Shown here piece by piece: positions 56,074-64,000 of a DNA stretch of 64,000 nt. Within the stretch, counting starts at the first letter, position 1. Each line of letters begins with the position of its first letter. The translations under genes and the position numbers were made by a program. The notes under the pieces were generated by a model. It saw only the letters and a list, made by a program, of their open reading frames with translations, searched no databases and was not told the DNA's origin. Source of the stretch: an uncultured Anaerolineaceae bacterium (GTDB lineage: Bacteria > Chloroflexota > Limnocylindria > Limnocylindrales > CSP1-4); NCBI GenBank assembly GCA_964579825.1, contig CAZOHT010000008.1, positions 33,613 to 97,612 on the forward strand, written 5' to 3'.

Positions 56074-56089
56074 ATAGCAGAACTGCTAT
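56074..56089. promoter_or_regulatory. Palindromic operator-like site ATAGCAG-AA-CTGCTAT (7-bp arms)
   Basis: Seen directly in the divergent region between the Ubl operon (start 56022, minus strand) and the higB-like gene (56221, plus strand). A second site at 56184-56201 (ATAGCAGAACAGCAATAGC) shares the ATAGCAGAAC half. Confidence 0.4.
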
Positions 56090-56183
56090 TATGCGCAACT
56101 GTAGGGTCATCCCCCGTTGGCAGATGACCATCGCCAACCTATCGTCCGCCTTCGTGGCCGGACCACCGGCTAGCTTGACCTCA

Positions 56184-56201
56184 TAGCAGAACAGCAATAG
56201 C
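56184..56201. promoter_or_regulatory. Second ATAGCAGAAC-containing operator-like motif ~20 nt upstream of the higB-like ATG
   Basis: Shares a 10-nt identical half-site with the 56074-56089 palindrome. Confidence 0.3.
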
Positions 56202-56220
56202 ATGGAGCGACCACGGGTCC

Positions 56221-56634
56221 ATGGCTCTCAACGACGCCTACGTCTCGGACGATGGAGTCGCGTGGATGTCCTCCTGTCATCGGCAGGAAGACGTCGTCCG
56301 CAATGTCGGGACGCGTTTGTACAAGCGGATCGAGCGGGTTCGGGACATGGGCGCGCTCTACGGCCGGGATCCGGGTCAGCCGATCAAGAAGCTGGAAGGC
56401 TTCGACAACCTATGGGAGTCGAGGGTGCATCACTCGACCGGCTGGTACCGCCAGTTCTTCCGCATCACCACGATCGGCGGCCGTCGGGCCGTCATCTTCG
56501 TCGACGGCGCCGTCAAGAAGGGCGCCGAACTACCGCGCTACGTCCTGGCCGCAGCCGATCGCCGGCTTGACGCCTACGAGGCGGCCCTTGAATCCAACCC
56601 TAGCCTCCGACAGACCGACAGGATCAACTCATGA
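56221..56634 (+). CDS. RelE/ParE-superfamily toxin (HigB / phage gp49-like)
   Basis: GFDNLWESRVHHSTGWYRQFFRITTIGGRRAVIFVDGAVKKGAELPRYVLAAADRRL matches the gp49/HigB-type toxin pattern (LWELR...YR.fy......vlLh.F.KK..K.P..Ei..A..R). Stop codon overlaps the next gene. Confidence 0.6.
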   Translation: MALNDAYVSDDGVAWMSSCHRQEDVVRNVGTRLYKRIERVRDMGALYGRDPGQPIKKLEGFDNLWESRVHHSTGWYRQFFRITTIGGRRAVIFVDGAVKKGAELPRYVLAAADRRLDAYEAALESNPSLRQTDRINS

Positions 56635-58355
56635 ACGCCGTTCGCCCCACCAAGTCCAACCCACGCCTGGCCGCGATCCCAGGGATCGACGAGGAGTACG
56701 CAAGGCACTACCCGTACGCCAACGTCGCGCTCGCCGTCACTCAGTTGCGGGGTCGACTCGGACTCACCCAGTCCGAGTTCGCGGAGCGTCTCGGATCGAC
56801 CCAGTCGGTGATCGCCAGGCTGGAGTCCGGTCGACACGGGATCCAGATCTCGCTTCTCAACCGGATCGCCGACGCCTTCGACACTGATTGGAAGATCATC
56901 TTTGACGGTGACGACGTCGAGCCAGAGGCCCTCGTCGAGGCCGGCGTCCCGGCCGTGACCACGTCGGGCGATTTGCTGCTCGACGCGTTCAATCAGGCAA
57001 GCACCTCTGGCGACGTCGCCGGCGCCCACCGCCTTGCAGGCAAGATCCGACGAGATCCATCCACTGGTCGACGAGTCCTGGCGCTGGCCATCGACGCCTA
57101 CAACCACGGCCAGTTCAAGAGTGCCTGGGAACGGGCGGTCGAGGCCATCACGAAGGGTCTTCCCACTGAGTCCGAGCATGCCGCTCGGTTGGTTGCCGGG
57201 AGATCGCTGCTCGGGCTGAAGCGTCCAGCCGAAGCGCTCGAGGTTCTCGAGGGTGCCCGCGAAGGGCTCGCGGCTGCGACCCTCGCCGAGGCGCTCCTCG
57301 AACTCGATCGCATCCCCGAGGCGATCGAACTGGCGGAGCACCTTCGGGAGACCGAGCCGCCGGAAGGCCAGCCGGCAGCGTCGTTCCTGGCTGCCCGGGT
57401 GTACTGGCACGCGAACCGTCCGTATGCTGCCCTCTCCGCGGCTGCCGCATTCCACGCCGTCAAGCCCGGTGAAGGCGCGCTCATCCAGGGGGCGATCCTC
57501 GGGTACATCGGCGACCAGACCGACGATGAGGATGCCTATCGTCAGGCCATGGTCGTCCTGCGCGATGCCTCGCCCGACGACTATCCGGACGTGCTCCGTT
57601 TGCGCGCCATGACCGCGGCACGCCTGGGCAACTGGGCGGATGCGTTCCAGTCCCTCGAGCGCGTCGCTCAGGCCGATGGCGCGAATGCCCTGCGGTCAGT
57701 GGCCGCTGTCGTGGTTGAGGCGTTTGACCGGCTTGATGACCCAGACGAGCTTGATAGCGCGGTCGAACGCGCATGGTCGCGCTCGCTGATCGACGAAGCA
57801 CTGAAACGCCGCTACAAGGCTCACGCCTGTGCGCTTCGCGGGGACTTCGAGGGCTCCGTCGCCGCACTTGGACTATCGGTGAGTCGTCTTGGCGAGGCGA
57901 GTGAGGAAGATCAGCTGCGCTGCGCCAGCGCACTGTTGATCGGGAACCAGGTCGGCCGAGCCCTGCCGATCCTCAAGCGCAATCAGAAGGCGCTCAGCCT
58001 TCCCGATGGATACCTGTTCCTTGCGAAGGCGGCGCTGGCGGAGCGAGACCTCGAGACCGCGAGGACGGCCCTCGGACAGGTCGCTCAGCACCGGGGCCAG
58101 GCGGCCGAGACCGCTCGGGTGGCCGTCGATCTGCTCAGCGCCATCGATCGCGTCGCGACCGAGGACGTGCTCGCGCGTTTCTCGCTCACATGGCAGGTCG
58201 ACCGGCCACGGGTGGTCGAGGTGGCCATTCCGGAGACCGCCCCAACTTCCCCGTGGGAGGGCCCGGCGACGCGGAAGGGCCCGCAGCACGAGGCGGCGTC
58301 ACCGGTGCTCGATCGCCTGACCCGAGAGCACGTATCGCAGATGCCGATCCACTGA
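56631..58355 (+). CDS. HTH_XRE antitoxin-like N-terminus fused to a ~480-aa TPR/helical-repeat domain
   Basis: HTH: VALAVTQLRGRLGLTQSEFAERLGSTQSVIARLESGRHGIQISLLNRIADAF. The C-terminal region is alanine/leucine-rich with repeated helical-hairpin periodicity (TPR-like). Confidence 0.55.
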   Translation: MNAVRPTKSNPRLAAIPGIDEEYARHYPYANVALAVTQLRGRLGLTQSEFAERLGSTQSVIARLESGRHGIQISLLNRIADAFDTDWKIIFDGDDVEPEALVEAGVPAVTTSGDLLLDAFNQASTSGDVAGAHRLAGKIRRDPSTGRRVLALAIDAYNHGQFKSAWERAVEAITKGLPTESEHAARLVAGRSLLGLKRPAEALEVLEGAREGLAAATLAEALLELDRIPEAIELAEHLRETEPPEGQPAASFLAARVYWHANRPYAALSAAAAFHAVKPGEGALIQGAILGYIGDQTDDEDAYRQAMVVLRDASPDDYPDVLRLRAMTAARLGNWADAFQSLERVAQADGANALRSVAAVVVEAFDRLDDPDELDSAVERAWSRSLIDEALKRRYKAHACALRGDFEGSVAALGLSVSRLGEASEEDQLRCASALLIGNQVGRALPILKRNQKALSLPDGYLFLAKAALAERDLETARTALGQVAQHRGQAAETARVAVDLLSAIDRVATEDVLARFSLTWQVDRPRVVEVAIPETAPTSPWEGPATRKGPQHEAASPVLDRLTREHVSQMPIH

Positions 58356-58816
58356 TCGACGGCGTCCGTCGTTTCGCATCGCAGCGAACCGATCGAACGA
58401 GCGGCGGCGGCGGTTCACGAGGCGACTCTCCTCATAGGGATCTCGCGTGCCGGGCATTCCGCCCGCTCATCTATGGGGCCTCGGAGCCATCGGTCGTGCG
58501 CTCGAGGCGGTGTGGTCGGAACGATAGATTGGTCTGATCGCGATTGTCCACATATACTTGACCCACCGGGCGAGTGAGAGTCCGCGGCTCGGCGTCAACT
58601 TACGAGGGTGGAGAGTATCGAAGAGCGCGTGGGGGCTACTTCGGGAACGGCGACCCGCCTCCGTCGGCGAGAGCAGTGGCGACGGTGGTGAGCAGAGCGG
58701 CGACGGCCGTCGCCGCGGCGATCGCGAGGGTTCGGATCCTGGAGGTTCGCTTGGACATGGGCCTGACTCCTTCCGAGTCGGGCCGCGGACTCCCGGGCGG
58801 AGATTAGGTCCAAGCG

Positions 58817-59086
58817 ATGCGAAAGTTAACTATTAGTAAACATCAGAGCGCCGGGGCGGGGTCAAGCTTCGCCGTCGCGCTCGGCGAGGAGATCCGCCGG
58901 CGGCGGGAAGCCAGTGGCCTGTCGCAGGCGGTGGCCGCCGCGCCGATGGGTCGAGCGTTCCTGTCACGCGTCGAACAAGGTCAGGCCCTGCCGTCCATCC
59001 CGAGCTTGCTTATCCTTGCCGAGCGGTTGGATACTTCGGCAGCCGACATCCTGCGGTCCGTCGAAACCAGCCTGGAGCCCGACTAG
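58817..59086 (+). CDS. XRE-family HTH protein
   Basis: EEIRRRREASGLSQAVAAAPMGRAFLSRVEQGQALPSIPSLLILAERLDTSAADIL is a Cro/CI-type HTH. The next gene starts 4 nt downstream. Confidence 0.5.
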   Translation: MRKLTISKHQSAGAGSSFAVALGEEIRRRREASGLSQAVAAAPMGRAFLSRVEQGQALPSIPSLLILAERLDTSAADILRSVETSLEPD

Positions 59087-59089
59087 CCC

Positions 59090-60391
59090 ATGCCCCAGAA
59101 GACCCAGCGCTCGCACGTGGCGGCCGATCAACCGATGGCCCTTCGCGTCGGCCGGCGGATCCGAAAGGCCAGACTGGCCGCCGGACTGACCCAGGCCGAA
59201 CTCGCCGGGGACCGATACACCAAGGCCTACATCAGCGCGCTCGAGAACGGCCTGTCCAAGCCGTCGATGGCCGCGCTCGGCTTCATCGCCGATCGGCTGC
59301 ACACCCCCATCGAGCAGCTCGTGGCCAACGATCAGCCGGCCTGGACACGACTCGAGGCGGACCTACTCCTGGCATCGGGCGACTGGCAGGCGGCCGCGGA
59401 CGCGTATGACGCGTTGCTCTCGTCAGAACCGACCGCGCGCACGCGCGCTGACCTGCTCCTCGGGCTGGCCGAGGCGAACGCCCGACTCGACCGTGGTCAA
59501 GAGGCGGTGCGAACGGCAGCGGAAGCCGAGGGACTGCTGCGCGCCCAGGGACGGGGTGGTTCGGCGGCCTGGGCGAGCTACTGGCAGGCCTTTGGCCTCT
59601 ACGAGCTGGAGCAGAGTCAGCAGGCCGCCGCCGTCCTGCAGCGGATCCTCGACGCGATCGCGACCGGGCTCGAGGTCGATCCTGACCTGCCGGTCCGGGT
59701 CCTGATGGCGCTCGCGAGCGTCACGTCGCGCGACCTCGAACCCGAGCAGGCCCTCGCCTATCTGGAGCAGGCCCGCGGGCGGCTGGACGAGCTCGACGAG
59801 CGAAAGCGGGCCGTGTTCCTCTTCTCGTTGGCCATCAGCTATCACGAACTCGGCGACTACGAGGCGGCGATCTCGACCGGCACCCAGAGCCTGGCCCGCT
59901 TCCGGGCGACCGAGGCGGACCGGGAGGCCGCGTCGATCGAGAACGAGCTCGCCCTGGTGTACCTGGCGCTCGGGAGCCTCGACATCGCTCGTGGCCACGC
60001 GGCGCACGCTCGCGAGTATTTCGAGCAACAGCACGATGACCGGTGGCTGGCGCACGTGACCGAGACCGAGGCGCAGATCGCCCTGGGATCGGGCGACCTG
60101 GCGGCTGCCATGCGGCTAGCCATCGAGGCGCGCACGCTGGCCGATTCGTCGTCCGACCGAAAGGCTGCCGTCAGCGCGACGCTCACTCTGGGGCGCGCGC
60201 AACAGGCCAGCGGCGACCTCGTGGCCGCCGAGGCCACGCTCAGCCAGGCGGCGGAGCTCGCGCGCTCGCTGGGTCGACGCGGCCAGCTGCAAGCGGTCCT
60301 GGGAGCGTGGAGCGAGGTCAAGGCCGAACAGGGTGACCTCGCGGGCGCCTACGCCCTGTCGCGAGAGGCGCTCGACGCCGGACGCGGCTAG
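59090..60391 (+). CDS. HTH_XRE + TPR-repeat regulator (RNPP/AimR-like architecture), paralogue of 56631..58355
   Basis: HTH LRVGRRIRKARLAAGLTQAELAGDRYTKAYISALENGLSKPSMAALGFIADRL, then ~330 aa of TPR-like repeats. Confidence 0.55.
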   Translation: MPQKTQRSHVAADQPMALRVGRRIRKARLAAGLTQAELAGDRYTKAYISALENGLSKPSMAALGFIADRLHTPIEQLVANDQPAWTRLEADLLLASGDWQAAADAYDALLSSEPTARTRADLLLGLAEANARLDRGQEAVRTAAEAEGLLRAQGRGGSAAWASYWQAFGLYELEQSQQAAAVLQRILDAIATGLEVDPDLPVRVLMALASVTSRDLEPEQALAYLEQARGRLDELDERKRAVFLFSLAISYHELGDYEAAISTGTQSLARFRATEADREAASIENELALVYLALGSLDIARGHAAHAREYFEQQHDDRWLAHVTETEAQIALGSGDLAAAMRLAIEARTLADSSSDRKAAVSATLTLGRAQQASGDLVAAEATLSQAAELARSLGRRGQLQAVLGAWSEVKAEQGDLAGAYALSREALDAGRG

Positions 60392-60542
60392 AGGCCGCCA
60401 ACCGAGATTCGTTGGTCACGTCTAGTATTTGTAACTGGCCGGTAGTATTCTGCTGCCCTAGGAGGGCGCGATAACGTTCCCTCCGACCCGGCACGGATGA
60501 GGAGAGGGGGCTCATCCGCCGTGCCCAGTGGGAGACGGTTGG

Positions 60543-60992
60543 ATGATGCACACGTTCGGTCGAACGCTCGGAGTCCTGGTCCTCGCCATCGCGCTTACGG
60601 GAGTCATCACGGCCGCGCTGCCGCCGACTGTGGCGGAGGGCGCGTCCTGCGTCCGCATCAGCGGCGGTCGGTTCGATGCGCCAGGCAACGACAACCTAGC
60701 GGGCAACCTCAACGGTGAGTACATCCGGATCAAGAACTACTGCTCGACGACGAAGTCGATCGGCGGCTGGAAGCTGCACGACTACGGACGCAAGCACACC
60801 TACACGTTCGCGTCGACGGTCAGGCTCGGAGCCGGCAAGACGATCACGGTCTATACCGGTCGTGGGACCAACTCGTCGACACGGCGGTACTGGGGGCGAT
60901 CGTATGGGGCGGTCTGGAACAACACTCCTCCGGAGCGCGCCTACCTCCGCAGCGGCTCAGGCACGCTGATGTCGAGCTGGTCCCTGTACTAG
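60543..60992 (+). CDS. Secreted lamin-tail-domain (LTD) protein
   Basis: Signal peptide MMHTFGRTLGVLVLAIALTGVITAALP. LTD pattern DAPGNDNLAGNLNGEYIRIKNYCSTTKSIGGWKLHDYGRKHTYTFASTVRLGAGKTITVYTG. Confidence 0.45.
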   Translation: MMHTFGRTLGVLVLAIALTGVITAALPPTVAEGASCVRISGGRFDAPGNDNLAGNLNGEYIRIKNYCSTTKSIGGWKLHDYGRKHTYTFASTVRLGAGKTITVYTGRGTNSSTRRYWGRSYGAVWNNTPPERAYLRSGSGTLMSSWSLY

Positions 60993-61081
60993 GCGGCCGG
61001 CCCGGCAGCAGCCGCGCCTACACCGAAGATGAATTGCCAGTCATTGGCAGCCTCACGATTTTGGAGCACCAGGTAAGGCAA

Positions 61082-61687
61082 TGGAGATATCGCTCACAGA
61101 CTTCGTCGAGTTCACTATCAAGTCTGGCCCGGCCAAGGTCACAGCGGTCCGGAGCATCAAGAACCGAGATCCCTATTGAGCCGGCCGTGGACTTCTACAA
61201 GCCACTTCGGACGGGCATCGTCGACCTGCACCGGAAAGGCGGGGTGACGCAGGCAGGCCTCGATGCGATCATCGACGGCCAATCGCACCTGCTCAAGCAG
61301 CGGCTCTACCCACTCGCCGCGGCGGGGTATCTCAGGTTTCTTACCAAGAAGCCGCAGGTATGGTTGAGTCCGCCGAAGGGCGATTGGACCGCCGGTGATC
61401 TCGATGTTCGCGTCAACCCTGAGGTGGGTCTTGTGATCGACGGCAAGCCCACGGTGATCAAGCTTTACTTCAAGGCGGACGAACTGACTCGGCCGCGCGT
61501 GCAGGCGTCCATCGGCGTGATGGAGGCGGAACTTGCCGGTTCTGCGCCAGCGGGAACGCGTTTCGGCGTGCTCAACGTAAGGGCCGGCAAACTTCTCCTG
61601 GCCGACGGTCGATGGACTGCGGCCGACACCCAGATACTCATCAAGGGCGAGGCGCAGTCCTTTGCTGAGATCTCGAGGAACGTCTGA
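61082..61687 (+). CDS. Hypothetical protein, apparently frameshifted near 61175 (pseudogene or sequencing error)
   Basis: MEISLTDFVEFTIKSGPAKVTAVRSIKNRDPY runs into a stop codon. The protein-like sequence continues in another frame (EPAVDFYKPLRTGIVDLHRKGGVTQAGLDAIIDGQ...) to 61687. Locally lower GC. Confidence 0.3.
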   Translation, partial: WRYRSQTSSSSLSSLARPRSQRSGASRTEIPIEPAVDFYKPLRTGIVDLHRKGGVTQAGLDAIIDGQSHLLKQRLYPLAAAGYLRFLTKKPQVWLSPPKGDWTAGDLDVRVNPEVGLVIDGKPTVIKLYFKADELTRPRVQASIGVMEAELAGSAPAGTRFGVLNVRAGKLLLADGRWTAADTQILIKGEAQSFAEISRNV

Positions 61688-61783
61688 CTCCCACCAGCTC
61701 GCACCTCGGATGACCGCCGGCGCAGGACCGCCATTCAGGACCACGCCAACCTTCAACTGGTTGTTGAGCGGGATCGACGTGGC

Positions 61784-63283
61784 GTGTGGCGGGCGAAGGG
61801 CGCGAAGACAACCACGACTCGCAGGCGGGATCCCGTGACAGGATCGGACGACTCCGCGGCGCGCTCGATCGCGCCGGTTGAGGCCGCCGCCATCGACGCA
61901 ACGGTCTCTCACCTGGACGCGGGGCTTGGGCGGTACCTAAGCGAGCTCGGCCTGCCGACGGAGTCGGTCTTGGTCGCCCCAGTCGAGCGGATGCGGGTCC
62001 TGAACAACCTGCCGGACGTGGCTAATGATCTGCCTGCGGACCAGCGCGCCCGCGCCTACTACATCTCGAAGTTCGTTGCGGCCTGCGGTGCCGGACTCTT
62101 CGACGCGGCGCTGAACTTCCTGTGGAATGAGACGGTGAACAATCTGCGCGAGAAGGTCGCGCGGTTCGATCTGGAGTACTTCCTCGATAGCACGATCACA
62201 GATCCGAAGCGGCGTTCGACGTTCCGATCGGCTGACGACCTGGCCAAGCTTGAAGACTGGGAGCTCATCCGAGGCTGCTTGGAGACCGGAATCATTTCCG
62301 AGATCGGGTTCAAGCACCTTGACTACATCCGAGACATTCGGAACTACGCGAGCGCGGCACACCCGAACCAGAATCAGCTGACGGGCCTCCAGGTGGTGAG
62401 CTGGCTCGAGACGTGCATCAAGGAAGTCCTGTCCAAGGAGCCCGCTGGCGGTGTCATCGAGGTTCGGAAACTTCTCCGAAGTCTCCGTGCCGAGGCCCTT
62501 GGACCCGGAGACATCAGCCCGATCGCGGACTCACTTGAGCGGCTGCCGGACGATCTGGTCCGATCCCTGGCACGAGCCACGTTTGGGATGTTCACCGATC
62601 CAAGCATCGCGGCCGAGGTTCGGAACAACATCGTCCTGATTGCGCCGCCGCTCTGGGCTGTGTGCCAGGATCCGGTGCGATACGAAATGGGAGTCAAGCA
62701 CGAGACATTCGCTGTCAACGGTGAGGTAGCTCGACGCAGCCTGGCCAGACAGTTCCTCGAAGCGGTTGACGGGTTGAGCTACCTGCCCGCAAGCGCCTTG
62801 GGCGGCGAAATCGAGGCCGCCGTCGCCGACCTTCTGCGCGTGCACAATGGCTTCAACAACTTCCACAACGAGCCCGCGTACGCACACGTTCTAGAGAAGC
62901 TCGTGCCCCAGAACGGACGCATCCCACCAAATGTGGAGCGGGACTACGTCAAGGTCCTTCTGCTGTGTCGGATTGGCAATGGGCACGGCGTTTCGGATGC
63001 AGCCCAGCCGGTCTACAACGCCCTCATCAGTCGGTGGTCCGAGCGTCACATCATCGCTCTCCTACGCCTGATGGGCGATGACAAGGAGGTCGAATCTCGG
63101 CTGCAATTCTCGCTGTGTCGATCGAATCTGAGGATGCTGGTCCAGGACCTCGCTGGACGTACCTCGAACAGCCTCGTCCGAGCGGCCCTGACCGAGGTCG
63201 CCGAGATCCCTGACGATCAGCTTCCTCGACTGCGTTCCCGGACGTCGTTCCGAGACGCGCTCGCCGCGCTTCCCAATCGGTAG
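61784..63283 (+). CDS. Hypothetical protein (~499 aa) with an Rx6H motif (possible HEPN/Abi_2-like). The start may be downstream of 61784.
   Basis: Long protein-like ORF. IRDIRNYASAAHPN resembles the HEPN R-x(4-6)-H motif. No other recognised domain. Confidence 0.35.
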   Translation: MWRAKGAKTTTTRRRDPVTGSDDSAARSIAPVEAAAIDATVSHLDAGLGRYLSELGLPTESVLVAPVERMRVLNNLPDVANDLPADQRARAYYISKFVAACGAGLFDAALNFLWNETVNNLREKVARFDLEYFLDSTITDPKRRSTFRSADDLAKLEDWELIRGCLETGIISEIGFKHLDYIRDIRNYASAAHPNQNQLTGLQVVSWLETCIKEVLSKEPAGGVIEVRKLLRSLRAEALGPGDISPIADSLERLPDDLVRSLARATFGMFTDPSIAAEVRNNIVLIAPPLWAVCQDPVRYEMGVKHETFAVNGEVARRSLARQFLEAVDGLSYLPASALGGEIEAAVADLLRVHNGFNNFHNEPAYAHVLEKLVPQNGRIPPNVERDYVKVLLLCRIGNGHGVSDAAQPVYNALISRWSERHIIALLRLMGDDKEVESRLQFSLCRSNLRMLVQDLAGRTSNSLVRAALTEVAEIPDDQLPRLRSRTSFRDALAALPNR

Positions 63284-63565
63284 GCATAACGGCGACCAGG
63301 ATCCAAATCGCCGTAGGCATGCGACACCCAACCACATGGAACCTCGTCGAGGGATGACTCACGGTTCAACCGATCCAGTGGACGGAAAGTGCCTCACTTG
63401 ATCCGCAGATCCAGCGGCGACACCTGCGGCACTCGCTCCGTTGTGCCAAGCATCGATGTGTACTCGTACATTCCTGTGCCGGTACCAACGAACTCGATGA
63501 TGTCGTCCTCGAGCACGCGCTCGAAGCGCGGTTTATCGATGACACGTTAGGCGGTTTCCCCCGCC

Positions 63566-63820
63566 CTACCTCGAGTCGCGCGTCGACTCGACCTCCGCCA
63601 ACAACGTCGATAGGTCCACTTCCAGCGCGCGGGCGATGCGATCCAGATTAAGCAACGCCACGTTTCGGTTTCCGCGCTCGATGTCGCCGAGGTAGGTCCG
63701 ATGGACCCCCACGCGGTCCGCAAGTTCCTCCTGCGAAATGCCGAGGCGACTCCGCAGGCGTCGCACGGCGTCGCCAAGCTGTTGCAATAACTCTGGTCGC
63801 ACGGCCTCCGGCATAGCCGG
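63566..63820 (-). CDS. XRE-family HTH transcriptional regulator
   Basis: LRSRLGISQEELADRVGVHRTYLGDIERGNRNVALLNLDRIARALEVDLSTLLAEV is a Cro/CI HTH. The track ORF start at 63883 probably over-extends. Confidence 0.5.
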   Translation of the reverse strand, partial: PAMPEAVRPELLQQLGDAVRRLRSRLGISQEELADRVGVHRTYLGDIERGNRNVALLNLDRIARALEVDLSTLLAEVESTRDSR

Positions 63821-64000
63821 ACCGTAGGTGGGCCGTAGACGATGGGTCCACAGACTAAGAGTCTCCACTCTATAAGTTGCCAATCTCGGCCATTCCGACT
63901 ACGTTCGCCTCCGCTGGCACAGGAGACGAACGATGGATCGCGAGGCGGAGCTGGCCCGCAGGATGGGCGGCTGGACAATCAGACGAGAGGCGCAGCAATA

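Noticed and set aside
1-64000. CRISPR arrays, rRNA genes, transposase/IS elements
   Set aside because: No regularly spaced short direct repeats were seen. No rRNA-like conserved stretches. No transposase DDE motifs or terminal inverted repeats. The only large repeats are the inverted TIR-like gene pair and the DUF2188/TCS paralogues.

Overview
High-GC (~68-70%) window that looks actinobacterial, and most of it reads as an accessory / defence-and-toxin island rather than core chromosome. The left edge (1-3.6 kb) looks chromosomal: a partial Na+/H+ antiporter, a TerC membrane protein, an Ntn-hydrolase with an N-terminal Cys, and a solitary ectC-like cupin. A degenerate tRNA-Gly(CCC)-like 5' remnant follows, with a drop in GC. 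After that the window is dominated by two giant secreted RHS/YD-repeat polymorphic toxins. The first (4551-15479, minus strand, 3642 aa) carries two CBM_4_9-like domains, a LamG-like domain and an AHH-type nuclease C-terminus, with a cognate immunity gene. The second (20844-28244, plus strand, 2466 aa) has an unrecognised hydrophobic C-terminal toxin and an immunity gene. Two ~94%-identical, inverted copies of a TIR-like (PF10137-type) gene bracket an ~18 kb segment. That segment holds a Shedu-like DUF4263 nuclease, an unknown 389-aa gene, the second RHS toxin, and a phage-like module (TerL, TerS, ParB-N6/N4 methylase, Cro/CI-like regulator, tyrosine integrase) with no structural genes. Further right are two DUF2188 paralogues, a multi-frameshifted S1 protease pseudogene, and a secreted beta/gamma-crystallin-like protein. 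Two diverged NarL-type two-component systems flank a block that contains a cytoplasmic trypsin-like protease fused to an Endonuclease_NS domain, a membrane protein, secreted or membrane small proteins, and a TIGR04141/DUF6119-like gene. Then come an ABC transporter, an operon of a ubiquitin-like beta-grasp protein + a Cys-less E2/UEV-like protein + a JAB::E1 fusion, a divergent HigB/RelE-like toxin with an HTH_XRE-TPR partner, a second XRE + HTH-TPR pair, a lamin-tail-domain protein, and a two-gene unknown locus with an Rx6H (HEPN-like) motif. No rRNA or CRISPR arrays were seen. All family assignments are from motif memory; no searches were run.
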